Source: Eledone cirrhosa
Taxonomy: Eukaryota
DNA: 64,000 bases
Direction of reading: 5' to 3'
Assembly: GCA_964016885.1 (NCBI GenBank)
Contig: OZ024748.1
Location: 558,001-622,000, forward strand
The position numbers and the translations under genes are program-made. Numbering within the stretch: position 1 is the first letter of the stretch; every line of letters starts with the position of its first letter. Under the pieces are notes generated by a model, which saw only the letters and a list, made by a program, of their open reading frames with translations, was not told the DNA's origin and did no database searches. Below, piece by piece: positions 24,407 through 36,889 of this stretch.

Positions 24407-26384
24407 TCAACTCTCCCCACTCCAACTGTAAGATGGAGTGATAAGTTTCTCCCAAATTCCCAACATTTCCTTAATTTCACTCGAAAGGATTACTACCTCC
24501 TCTGACTCTGACTCTGGCCCCTCATTAATTTCCTGCCAAATCTCTGTATGCTCCTTTAATCCCTCCGTTGTCAATTCCTCATTGAGCTCTTCGACGAGGT
24601 CGTTGACGTCTCCTTCGTCCACTTCCAGGCCCATGGATTTTCCGATGGACACGATCTTCTCTAACTCTTCGGGTTCGGGTTCGAATCCTTCGAAGTCCCT
24701 TTCGGACACAACCTCGGGCCACAGCTTCTTCCATGCAGAGTTTGAGGTCCTCCTTGTAACACGCTGCCAGGCCATGTCTATAATTTTGAGGCAGGCTACG
24801 ATAGTGTAATGTTCTTTCCAGAACTCTCGAAGGGTGAGGTTTGTGTTTTTCATAACCTCAAAGCAGCGCCGGAAGAGATGCTTGGTTAAGAGCTTTTTTA
24901 AAATTCGAAATCACCTGCTGGTCCATGGGCTGAAGGATAGGGGTGGTATTGGTTGGAAGGTACAAGACCTTAATAAACTTGAATTCTTATAAGATGTCAT
25001 CCTCGAGATTTGGTGGGTGTGCGGGAGCATTGTCAAGGACGAGTAGGGCTTTCAGGGGCAGGTTATTATCTAAAAGATACTTCTTGACTGCAGGACCAAA
25101 AACCAGGTTTACCCACTGCACAAAAGACTCCCTGGTGACCCATGCCTTTGGGTTTGCCCTCCACATAACCTGCAGTTTTTCTTAAAGAATCTTATGACTC
25201 TTAAAGGCCCTGGGGTTTTCCGAGTGATATACGAGCAGCGGTTTAATCTTTAAATCGCCACTCGCATTTGCACACAGTGCAAGGGTCAACTGTCCTTCAT
25301 GGGTTTGTGGCCTGGCAAGCTCTTTTCCTCTGCTGTTATGTACGTTCTCCTTGGCATCTTTTTCCAAAATAGCCCTGTCTCGTCACAGTTAAAGACTTGC
25401 TGGGGGATGTATCCTTCGGCTTCTACCAGTTCACCAAAATATGAAGTATATTCTTCAGCTGCCTTAAAATCTGAGCTTGCAGCCTCACCATGCCTGGCGA
25501 CGGAGTGAATGCCAGTCCTCTTTTTAAAATTATTAAACCATCCCCGACTGGCTTTGAATGACTCTTCCGATGCCTCGTCCGAGGATGATCCCGCCGTCTA
25601 CCGCACCAAATCTCCATAAATAACTCGTGCCTTCTTACAGTTGATGGTCTCGGTTACCGTATCTCCAGCGAGCTGCTTCTCGGTCAACCACCCCAACAGC
25701 AACTTTTCCATCTCTTCATGGACAGAGGTCCGGAGCTTAGAAGTTATATTAACACCCTTGGCTGGTGTCATAGCCTTTATTGAATCTTTTTGTTTCAAAA
25801 TAGTACATATTGTAGAAGTACTACAATCGTACTCCTTTGCCAAGTCAATAACACGCACACCACGCTCATGTTTTTCTACGATTTCGTGCTTAATATCCAT
25901 AGACATCATCCTTTTCTTTTTCTCGCCAGTGTTCTTGGCACTCACTTTCTTAGGACTCATGGATGAAACTAAGATTTTTATCGAAATAAACCCAAAGCAA
26001 CTAAAATCACAACAGAGATGTTCGCACGCCGAGGTTACCACGTGGACTGACTGCTCTCAGGGGGTTACTGAATTAATTTCGCCCGGTGAACCCCAACGAA
26101 AGTTACTCCCGTCGTTTATATCCGTAAAGTGACTAAAACAAATGTAATATATTTAGGGTTAATTCAACCCTAAACCTAACCGTAAATATATTATATTTGT
26201 TTTAGTCACTTTACGGATATAAACGACGGGAGTAACTTTGGTTGAGGTTCACCGGGCGAAATTAATTCTGCACAGTTCTCAGGCACACGCTGGCTCGTAG
26301 CTCGTAGCTCGTATCTCAAAACTCAGCTTGTATCACAAGGCAAAAAATTAGCCGAGTGATGGCTCGTATCTCAAGGTATCACTG
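24407..26384 (-). mobile_element. Tigger/pogo-family DNA transposon, degenerate and 3'-truncated
   Basis: Frameshifted ORFs: HTH (KHEIVEKHERGVRVIDLAKEY..STSTICTILK), CENP-B-like (EEMEKLLLGW), DDE_1 (LCANASGDLKIKPLLVYHSENPRAFK); terminus TA-CAGTGATACCTTGAGATACGAG ending at 26384. Confidence 0.9.
26070..26268. mobile_element. Palindromic MITE inserted in the Tigger 5' region
   Basis: ~85-bp inverted arms GAATTAATTTCGCCCGGTGAACC...; centre contains AACCCTAAACCTAACC. Confidence 0.8.
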
Positions 26385-27994
26385 TATTTGTATTTTTGTT
26401 TATCATTGTATGGTAGTGGGGCTGTGTGTTGGGCGGTTGGGGGAGAATGGGATGTGGTGTGCTGGGAGTGGTGGTGGTGGTCGTGGTGGTGCTGTGGTAG
26501 TGTTGGGCAGTGGTTTGTTTACTTTTCAAAGTGCTGGGTGTTAGATTCACTGTATCAATACCCCTCACGCACCCCCTCCCTCACCCCGACACACACACAC
26601 ATATATATATGCATCCACTAACACACATACAGATAAACGTGCACACACACACACAGACTCACACACCCACACAGAGATATACATACTTGTGTCAGTGTGT
26701 GTATGCATATGTTCATGTGTATTATATGTGTGTATGCATGTATGAATGCGTGTGTCTGCACGTATGTATATATATATGTGTGAGTTTTTATATTGTGCTT
26801 ATATTTATGTTTATCTATGTGTGTTTATATGTGTGTGTTTATATATATGTGTGTGTGTGTTTATTTTGTGTTTATGTGTGTGTGTTTTTATATGTATGTG
26901 TTTATATGTGTTTATGTTTATTTGTGTGTCCTTATATGTGTGTGTGTATGCTTAAAAGTGTGTATTTTTATATGTGTGTGTGTTTATCTGTGTATGTGTT
27001 TATATATGTTTGTGTTTATATATGTGTGTGTGTATGTTTATAAGTGTATGTGTACGTTTATATATGTGTGTATTTATATATATATATGTGTGTGTATGTA
27101 TGTGTGTGTTTGTTTGTATGTGTGTATGTACTCTATTATAAACACTATAGAAACCCTACCGTTACATCAGAGAGAGAAAGTGTTGTGTAGGGCTGCGAAT
27201 GTGTTCAGACATTCCACATACCAGACATTAGTTGGGCAAGTCTGGTTGCCTGTGGGTGGGACTATCATGTTAACTCTTTAACAGTGTGGGAAGAACAATG
27301 AAGATTCTTATAGGAAATTATGGATGCCAAGAAGGATCAACTAGCTTCACTGTTCTAGAGTACTTTCAAGAGTGGCTTGATTAACCATTAACTCTTTAGC
27401 ATTTACATTACACTATATTTACTATTGTATTTTCATAGTAAACACTTTATTTCGGAACTAGAGACAGCTTCAGGCTGGTTGGTATCAGAATTGTTGAGTG
27501 AAATTTAGCTACTTTTTCTCATAGATTCTGTGACAACTTAGAGGTTCATTCTTGTTGGCTCATGGTTGGTTTTTGGTTTGGCAGAGAAAGATGTAACATT
27601 TTAATTTAACCCTTTAGCATTTACATTACTCTATAATACTATTATATTTTCACGGTAAAGGCTTTATCTCACACTAGCAGATTTACCCGGCGTTGCTCAG
27701 GGTTTGAAATTATGCTAAGAATATACAGCTCGGAAGTAAAAGAAGAACATTATTTGTCCCCAACCTGTCAAAATAAGCAGAAGTCTTCAATAATTAATGC
27801 AAACGAATATTTAGTGCAATCTTTGTACACATAAAACTGCTGATAATGAAGGAAAACACTGAAGAGGATGTAGTTATACAAATGATTAAATACAGTACAC
27901 GTTGCAAATCTGTAAAAAAAAACAGGCAGTTTAGCTAAAGTACAAAAAGTTGTAATGAAAGCAGAGTTGTATACAAATAAAAAAACAATGAGAG

Positions 27995-30900
27995 TAGAAT
28001 AAGAGAAAATCTATTCTTTGAGAATGTATGAATGCCAAAACGCTTATCAGCACAGCTTATCAGCACAGCAACAAATAGGAACAACAACAAAATATGAAGA
28101 CGTCGCATCTCAGAGCTGCAACACTTAATGTTGGCACTCTCAGAGGTAGATCTGCTGAAATAGCAGAGATGCTGGAGAGAAGGCATGTGGATGTGTGTTG
28201 CGTGCAAGAGGTGAGATGGAGAGGTGCCTCTGCGAGAATAGTCGTAGGCAAACGTCTTAGCTATAAGCTATTCTGGGTAGGTAAGGATGATGGGTTTGGG
28301 GGAGTAGGCATTTTCCTGGCTGAGAAATGGATCAATAAGACAATAGAGGTAGTTCGAGTTAGTAATCGAATAATTAGGCTTAGATTAGTTGTAGGCAGGA
28401 GACTACTGACAATCATCTCTGCCTATGCTCCCCAAGCAGGCCTAGGCAAATATGAGAAAGACTGCTTTTATAAACAACCGCAATGACAGAGGACGGAGAC
28501 ATCATTATGTTAGCAGGAAACTTCAATGGTCATGTTGGACAGCTCCAGGATGGTTACACTGGGGTACATGGTGGGCATGGTTACGGCTCAAGAAATGAAG
28601 AAAGAGTGGGACTTCTTGAATTTTGTGATGCAAGTACATTGACTATTTGCAACAGAAACTTCCAGAAATCTGCCAATCACCTAATAACCTACAAATCTGG
28701 TGAGCACATAAGCCAGATTGACTTCTTACTAGTTAGGCAGCGGGACAGGCAGATAGTGTCTAATACCCTGGGGAAAAATGTACCCCACAGCATAGGTTAG
28801 TCGTTAGTGATATCTCAGTAAGCAAGAGATGGAATGAGACATACAGGAAGGTGTCGAGAAGAAAGGTCTGGAAGCTAAAAGACCTTTCACTAAAATACAA
28901 ATTTAGGAAAGCCCTTCAAGATGTATATGACGAAAAAAAAGACGATTTAGAGACGTATGACATAGATAATAACTGGAATTTCTTACGTGACAACTTGCTG
29001 CAGGCTACTGATGAAACTTGTGGCTGGAGCAGACTTCCAACCAGACAGAGAGTGACCTGGTGGTGGAACAGCACAGTAGATAAGGCCATTAGAGACAAAA
29101 TACTAGCATGGAAGGCTTGGAAAAAGGGTGGGAGTAGGGAAGAATATACAGCCACTAAGAGAGAAGCTAGACGTCAGGTGTACTTAGCACGCAGGGAGGC
29201 AGAGAGTGGGAGGTTTGCCAATGTTCCGCGACGGGAAGATCAGAGGCGTGCGGTGTTCCACATTGCCAGGCAGTGTGTCAATGCAAATCAGGATGTTGTT
29301 GGAGATAAATGTGTCCGGGATGATGCCGGTGTACTTAGTGTCACGAATGATCAGAAAAAGGAGGCCTGGAAATGTCATTATGAGAGACTGATGAATGTGG
29401 AGAACAAATGGGAGAGAGAGAAATTACCCTTCGTAGATCCGACAGAGGGACCAACAATTGAGATTGACGAATATAGGGTCCAAGAGGCGATTAAGGAGAT
29501 GAAAATTGGTAAGGCTGCTGGACCATCGGGAATAGTTGCTGAGATGCTGAAGGCATCAGGGGACGTAGGCACTAAACTGGTTGCACGCATCATCAATCAG
29601 GCTATATATGGTGGTGTCATACCCAAAGACTGGTGCAGCAATATTCTCATAAATTGCTACAAAGGTAAAGGGGATGCTCTGGAGAGAAGCAATTATAGGG
29701 GTATAAAACTGATGGATCAGGTTATGAAAGTGGCAGAAAGGATATTAGCACAACTAATTAGAGAAAGGGTCAAACTAGATGAGATGCAGTTTGGTTTTGT
29801 GCCTGGGAAGAGTACAACAGATGCCCTCTTCTTGGTGAGACAATTGCAAGAGAGGTTCTTAGAGAAAAATAAAACACTATACTTAACCTTTGTTGACCTA
29901 GAGAAGGCCTTTGATAGGGTACCCCGATCTGTCATCTGGTGGTCCCTAAGGAAGCTAGGTGTTGAGGAATGGCTTGTGAGGACAGCGCAAACTTTGTACA
30001 GAAGTACTCTCAGTAAAGTCAGGGTAGGAATGGAGTTTAGTGAGGAATTCCAGATACAAGTAGGAGTACATCAAGGTTCGGTCCTCAGCCCGCTCTTGTT
30101 CATTATAGTCCTCCAAGCCATAACAGAGGAGTTTAAGACTGGCTGTCCATGGGAACTTCTCTACGCTGACGATCTGGTTCTTATAGCAGAATCAGTAGAG
30201 GAGCTAGAGAATAAATTCTGGCTATAGAAACAGCAGTTGGAAGCAAGAGGACTGAGAGTGAACCTAGCTAAGACAAAAGTGTTGATGAGTAGAAAAGAGG
30301 ACAAAACCCTGATTCTGTCAGGGAAATGGCCATGTTCGATATGCAGAAAAGGAACTGGCATAAATTCTATAAAATGCACACAATGCAGATCCTGGGTACA
30401 CAAGAGATGTAGCAGGATAGCATGAAAACTAACAGGTAGGGAGAAATATGCATGCAGTAGATGTACAGGGAAATTAGACAGTAGAAGTCGCATTGATAGA
30501 CACATTTTTCAAATGCAGGAGGGCGCTATAAAAGTGGTGGATAGCTTCCGGTACCTAGGAGATCAGATTAGCATGGGAGGAGGGTGTTCCGAGGTCATAG
30601 TATCTAGAATAAGGACTGGTTGGAAGAAGTTTAGGGAGCTGCTTCCTCTGCTGACGAAGAAGGGTTTCTCCCTGCATACAAAAGGCCGGTTGTATGATGC
30701 CTGTGTGAGGAGCGCGATGCTGCATGGTAGTGAGACATGGGCAGCAACCGCAGAGGATATGCGACGGCTGGAGAGAAATGAGGCAAGCATGCTCCATTGG
30801 ATGTGCAGTGTAAATGTGTGTGAACGACCCAGCATAAATGTGTTGAGAGAGAAACTGTGTCTGAGAGGGATAGAATGTAGTGTACGGGAGAGGAGACTGA

Positions 30901-31155
30901 GGTGGTATGGACATGTGATGCGCATGGAGGATGACTGATGGGTGAAGAAGTGCCAGGAAATGCCAGTTGAAGGAAGACATGGTAGAGGTAGACCACGAAA
31001 AACATGGGCGGAGGTGGTGAGAAAAGACCTCAGATCATTGAAGCTCACGGTGGAGATGACGAAGGACCATGACGAGTGGAGAGATGCTGTGCTGAATAAG
31101 ACCCGTCCCACCCTTGCAAGCAGGGAAAAGCGGACGTAAAATGATGATGATGATG
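27995..31155 (+). mobile_element. Near-full-length RTE LINE (family A): AP endonuclease + RT, disrupted by stops/frameshifts
   Basis: TLNVGTL...CVQEVRW...SAYAPQ endonuclease motifs (28094..28486); RT QFGF, FVDLEKAFDRVP, HQGSVLSP, YADD (28851..30227); (ATG)n tail; possible TSD ATGAGAG at 27988/31156. 5' boundary uncertain. Confidence 0.92.
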
Positions 31156-31292
31156 ATGAGAGCATCCTTTGCTGTGTATGGTTAAATTTTTAACTTATAA
31201 TCCCAAATATCCTGCATGACATATTCATTGGTATGTTTTGTAATGAGTAAGGTGAAGTCAAGGCAGAGCTGTAATAAGTTTTTTTGTTAACA

Positions 31293-31730
31293 CTAAAGCA
31301 CTTCAGGATAGACGATATTCTTTGTTTTTCTTTTCGGAACAAATGCAAAGAGATTATCTTGACTGCCAACTCGTGAGCAGGCAATGTAGAATTGTCCGTG
31401 CGAAAAGCAAGGTTCATCCAAGTGAATTCCAGGGACGGACAGAGTTTGACCTTGCGACTTGTTTATGGACATCGCAAAGGCAATACGACGGGGAAATTGG
31501 GTTCGGCGAAAGGAGAAGGGAGTATCCACGCCTGATGTAGTCAGGGTAATTTTTTTTATTATCACATCCTCGCCTTTTCCACATCCGGATAGAATGGTAG
31601 CGTCAATATTAAGTGGAGACAGTTTTTTAACCACAAGGCGTGTACCATTGCATAGTTTTGGAGGAGTGATATTTCTAAGCAAAATAACTGGTGTTCCCTC
31701 TTTCAGAACCAATGTATTAGGAGGTAAACC
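31293..31730 (-). pseudogene. PIF1-like Helitron helicase C-terminal fragment
   Basis: LLRNITPPKLCNGTRLVV...RTQFP..IAFAMSINKSQGQTL...FSHGQFYIACSRV...KNIVYPEVL. Confidence 0.9.
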
Positions 31731-32040
31731 AATTTCTGAAAAGTTGGTTATCTCCCTTTTTTATAAGGATTGTCAATAAAGTTTGTTATCTCTCTTACAT
31801 CAATTTTTCTACCGATAATTTTGATATCGATTTTTTATTGCTCAACGTGGGTCGATTTGAAAAATGTTTGTGATGTGACAATCTTAGCGACCTGTACAAC
31901 GTGCACAGAAAATTTGGTCAAATTCAGTTGGTAATTGTGAAAGCCTTATGCATGCAAAGTTGTACACACACACACACATCCTCACTTTTATATATATAAA
32001 GATAATATTGAATCTATGAGGTTTTGATATTTATTTTGAG

Positions 32041-32203
32041 AAGGGCGGTGAATCGGCAGTATTGGTAAAGCATGAAACACCATGCTTTGCAGCATAGAGT
32101 TATGGCACTTTACGTTCTGAGTTCAAATCCTTACGGGGTCGATAAAATAAAGTACCAGTAATGCTTGGGGTAATTGCTGGCCTTGTGCTAAAAGTAGAAA
32201 CAG
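32041..32203 (+). mobile_element. tRNA-derived SINE (internally deleted) with TSD
   Basis: Flanked by direct repeat TATTTATTTTGAGAA. Confidence 0.75.
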
Positions 32204-32578
32204 TTATTTATTTTGAGAATAATACCTTAACATAAGTGTGAGCAACCGGTTGAACAGAAAGTAGTGAGAGACTTCTCAGATACGGCTGTTTGAAAGGCTA
32301 AAGGGTTAAGTAAAATAAACACATGTTTAGAGCTAAAAAAGAAGAGGGACACCATTTTATTCAAATTAATTGTAATGGTAAGAAACTCTCAGGAGAGCTG
32401 GGCAGAAGAAGGTCTTCAGAAAACTCCCCACCCACTTCAAGCAAGTGTTTTGGTCCTTAACTTCTTACACTCTAAAGGGGCTGGGCCACATCCATGACTC
32501 CTGGGAGCCCTTCAGCTGATATTTCACTAGTTGGATATCAGAGACTTGTGTATTTAAACCCATATGGAGATATATACA

Positions 32579-32632
<54 letters not shown>

Positions 32633-33273
32633 TATATGTGTGTATGTGTATATATCTCCTTGAACTATATATGCGTGTGTGTAAAAATATATACATGTGA
32701 AAAAAAAGTACTGGGATTGATATATTTGACTAAATCAAGGCGTTGCTGTAGCATGGCCATAGTCTAATGATTGAAACAAGAGAATAAAAGAATAAACAGC
32801 TGTAGGAAAAAAAATCATCTGTCTATAATATAACAATTAATCATATTACAATATGTAAATTAACTAAATCAATATGCAAATTAGCAAATCAATATGCATA
32901 TTAGCTCAGCTTATAGAAACCATTCCAGTCATATTAAAATGTGTATAAGAAATGGATATTAAAAAAATCAATATTAAATTTTTATATATATATATACATT
33001 ATTTATATATGTCTATCTTTTCTTTTGTTGTATATATAGTTTGATAAACAGAGTCAATAATTTATGTTATGCAAATTGTAACTTCTAGGTCAGTGGATAC
33101 TACTATATTCAGTAGACTTATAAAGCCATTAGTTTTGTATTTTTCTTTGAATGGAAAAAGTGTAAGCAATCTCTGAGGATATCTCCAACTAGAGTTGAAA
33201 ATCAAGGTTAATACATTCATTTTTTAGTCTGTTGAGAACTACATGATAAAGACATACGCCCAACCCTTGTTAT

Positions 33274-33560
33274 GGAGGTGAGTGGCCTAGTGGTTAGTGT
33301 GTTGAACTTACAATCATAATGTCATGGGTTTGATTCCTGGACTGGGTTGTGTGTTGTGTTCTTTAGCAAAACACTTCATTTCACATTACTCCAGTATACT
33401 CTGCTGAAGATGAGTACCAGCAATAGATGGGAGTTTAACCCTGCAATGGACTGACGTCTTCTCCAGGGGGGAGTCTTGCACACTCAGTTACTTCATGTCA
33501 TGGAAGCCGACATAAGCACTGGCCTGATGAGCTTCGCCGGACTCGAGACAGACTTTAGAC
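33274..33560 (+). mobile_element. Second tRNA-derived SINE family
   Basis: A-box TGGCCTAGTGG, B-box-like GGTTTGATTCC, then GTGTTCTTTAGCAAAACACTT; related copy at 41787. Confidence 0.65.
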
Positions 33561-35876
33561 CAACCCTTACTAGCAGGGAAAATGGACATTAAACGATGAT
33601 GATGGCAATGATGATGATGACAACAATGATGATGATGATGATGATGATGATGATTGGTTTAATTTATATAAATATTTCCTAACAACAAGCTAGGAAGCTA
33701 ATTATAGCCCACCCAATGTTCACATGTTTGATCACAAGCTTGCTTGAGGACATTTATCCTAGGGCTAAACAACAACAACAACAACAACAACCAACAAAAA
33801 CAGAATTTCTTCTTCTTCCACCTATCCAACAGATTTTATTGTTTTATTCTATTTTCTTGTAATATTATTTCTTTATGTCTGACACCAGCAGATCTGGTTC
33901 TGCCAAACTTGATTTTCAAGTCGTTTCTTTGCCAATGTTTACAGAGTGCCATCATTCTATTTGTGTGAGTATATGTGTTAAGGAATTAATTGTGAGTATA
34001 TGTGTTAAGGAATTAACTGGGTATGGGTGGGGTGGGGGTGGAGTAGGGGATTTGGAAGGTCATGGCAGGAGAGGATCAAGAAAAACAGAGAGATAAACTA
34101 GTCTAACCCTTTAGCATTTAAACTGGCCGTATCGGGCCAGAATTCTCTCACCTCTTTCTGTCCAAACTAGCTGTAACCGATCATTTATACTGATGTTAAG
34201 CTATTGTTCTCAAAATATATAATATCAAAATCTCAGATTCAATATTATGTGAAATAATTATGTGAGGTAAAGCCTTTACCATGAAAATACAATAGTATAT
34301 ATAGAGTAATGTAAATGCTAAAGGGTAAGGTATTGTTCTCAAAATAAATAATATTAAAATCCCGTAGATTCGATATTATGTGAGATAATTATGTAAGATA
34401 AAGCTTATACCACAAAAATACAATAGTACATATAGAGTAATATAAATGCTTAAGGGCTAAATATGTTATGTCCAGTTTGTGATGTTATATTAACTGACAC
34501 CAGTACCACTAATTAAGGCAGCAAATTGACAGAATAATGATTAGAGGTAGGAGGTCAGTTTTAATATGCCTCAGTTTCTTTTTCTTGCTTCTTTTGCATT
34601 CTGAGTTCAAATCCTGCTGTGTTCAGACCTGGAGGGGGATGGGCTCCCCAAGTTTAAAATGCCTAAGACACCCCATATGTCAAGATATTGGCCCTATAAC
34701 CCCATCACAAGTTAAGGGACTTTACTTTACCTATGTCTAATTATCTGGTCAGGTTTCAAATCTCTTTATTCTTTGTTGGTGGTGAGGTTAAGATGAAATA
34801 TTTAAACTATTAAATTACAAGGTTGTGAGTTCAATCCTTCGGCTACCATTTTATTTATGTATTTATTTTTTTTTGTATTTCTAGTTCATTGTTCAAAAAG
34901 TTATTGTTGTTGTTATTGTTGTAATGGCAGTGAATTGGCAGTATCGGTAGAGGGCCTGACATGCTTTCCATCATAGTTACATCCCTTTACGATCTGAGTT
35001 CAAATAAAGTACCAGTTATGTACTGGGTAATTGCTGGTCTTGTGCCAAAAGTTATTATTGTTGTTGTTAAGGCCCAGATCAGAAATCTTTAGGCTAACCT
35101 GTGGCATTGGTTGTGTTTCTTCATATAGAACAAAATTGCTTTTAGGGACAAAGGAAATATTCTGTAAATATGTGTGTATGAATGGTTAATATATTTGAGT
35201 ATTCGTTTTACTTGATAAGCAGATGGGAACGTCCTTCGAAGGTAGTATGAAACTGCATAACCCAGTTACAAGTATGAAAATACACTCTTGACAGGTGCAA
35301 TGTGTCCGAACATGGAAGAGCTGAACTCCCACCACCATTGCCTCCATCACTCTCGCCCTCCCGATCTTCTGTATAGCGGCGGACAGAATGGAGAACAACA
35401 ATAACAACAACAACAATAACAACAATAACAACAACAATGAAGGTTGTTGCCTCTAATAAATATAAAGACAGGAAGATGACAATTGTAATGTCTTTGATCA
35501 TAGGTTTACTCAGCAATGACTGACCTAGGGCTAAACACAACCAATAACAACAACAATATTAACTACAAGACATTTAGTCCAATATTTAACCAATTCTTTT
35601 AATTTTCCGCCCAACATTCCTTTGTTATTGACATTTTACATTGTTTCTTTATAGTTCACCCCTATTATATACACCCTAATATACATACCTTAATATACAC
35701 ACAATGTACACACCCTAGTATATACCCAATATACATAACTACCTATTTACCAACCCTATACATACTTATACATGTGTGTGTATTATGTGTATGTATATGC
35801 ATTATATATGTGTGTGTGTGTGTATATATATATATACATATATATATACAATATACATACATATATATATACATAC

Positions 35877-36120
35877 ATACGATATTAACAAATGGAAACT
35901 ATATTTATAAAACCATATCTATTTTATTATACATATTTCAAGGATACCATGTTAAATTATGGTATGCTTTCATCAGACAAAATATAATATATACCAGTTT
36001 TATAAATAAATATTGACGTACCCTTTCAAAATGCAACCGTTACTTTTGGAAGACATCAAGGATAGGATAATAAAATAGATATGGTTTTATAAATATAGTT
36101 TCCATTTGTTAATATCGTAT
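35877..36120. repeat. Foldback element with 54-bp inverted arms
   Basis: 35877-35930 is the reverse complement of 36067-36120. Confidence 0.9.
35920..35984 (-). ncRNA. Candidate minimal hammerhead ribozyme
   Basis: Minus strand: stem I TATTTTGT/ATAAAATA; CTGATGA; stem II AAGCATACCAT/ATGGTATCCTT (one mismatch); GAAA; stem III A-TATGTA-T; H=A. Same layout as 4126-4196. Confidence 0.7.
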
Positions 36121-36374
36121 ATTTTCTACAAATACTTGTCGAGTGCTTTATATCAGTTATAAAAATATTTGCTTGTTGTATCCCAACAATTTAAATAGAA
36201 CTTTTGCATATATACATACATATATATATATACATATACATATATAGTCCTATGGGAGCAAGACAACCACTCTTGCCTCAAGTGGGAAAACTCCCGTCCA
36301 AACCCATGCAAGCGTGGAACATGGACGTTAAACGATGATGATGATGATGATGATATATATTTATATAGGAAAAT

Positions 36375-36550
36375 GTATGACCCCGACGGCAGAGCTCAAA
36401 CCGTTTCGACGGCTATATCTGGTCTAGAAATAGCCGTCGAAACGGTTTGAGCTCTGCCGTCGGAGACATACGTTTTCCTATTTCCCACTCTACTGCCCTA
36501 AGTATTGAGTACTCTGGTGCGTTATGGTCCATCTGGTTCCTTACCACAAT
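36375..36550 (+). repeat. Foldback-headed copy of the dispersed 'CTCTACTACCCCAAGTATTGAGTACTCTG' repeat family
   Basis: ~33-bp GC-rich inverted repeat around 36425, followed by the conserved tail also seen near 4970, 5475, 6490, 9358 and 12637. Confidence 0.75.
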
Positions 36551-36815
36551 TCCTTTGTTATATTTATATATATATATATGTATATATGTATATATATATA
36601 CATATATACATATATATATACATATATATGTATGTATAGAATAAGAAAATGCGAAGTAGTTTCAGATGTTAAAGTCCTTTATTGATAAGGCTGTGATACA
36701 TACCTCAATGACGGCAGTGACCACGCGATTCCGCCTAACCAGTGCTGTGATCTCATCAGACAGCTTGTCACATATCTATCTATCTATCTATCTATATCTA
36801 TATCTATCTCCCCCC

Positions 36816-36880
<65 letters not shown>

Positions 36881-36889
36881 TAGATAGAT

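Larger units (their letters stand above)
27674..32002 (-). mobile_element. Non-autonomous Helitron with intact termini
   Basis: Minus-strand 5' TCTTTATATATATAAAA; 3' GC-rich hairpin (ACCCTGAGCAACGCCGGGT) then CTAG; inserted between host A and T with no TSD; carries a helicase remnant. Confidence 0.88.
27607..32309. mobile_element. piggyBac-type MITE split by nested Helitron, LINE and SINE insertions
   Basis: Left TTAACCCTTTAGCATT...ATCTCACA ends at 27673 and resumes TAATATTGAATCTATGAG at 32003; right end CTAAAGGGTTAA; the uninterrupted junction ATCTCACATAATATTGAATCTATGAG is present at 43261. Confidence 0.8.

Noticed and set aside
23214-24455. 413-aa Gly/Val/Asp/Ser repeat ORF resembling a structural protein
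   Set aside because: Minisatellite open in several frames, bounded by Tigger and RTE sequence, with no signal peptide or splice context.
33520-33556. CTGATGAG...CTCGAGAC hammerhead-like motif
   Set aside because: GAGA instead of GAAA and no stem I; it lies in a SINE 3' region.
33833-33965. Possible + strand exon (CAACAG ... GTGAGT)
   Set aside because: No recognisable peptide or partner exon, and the donor lies in a short local duplication.
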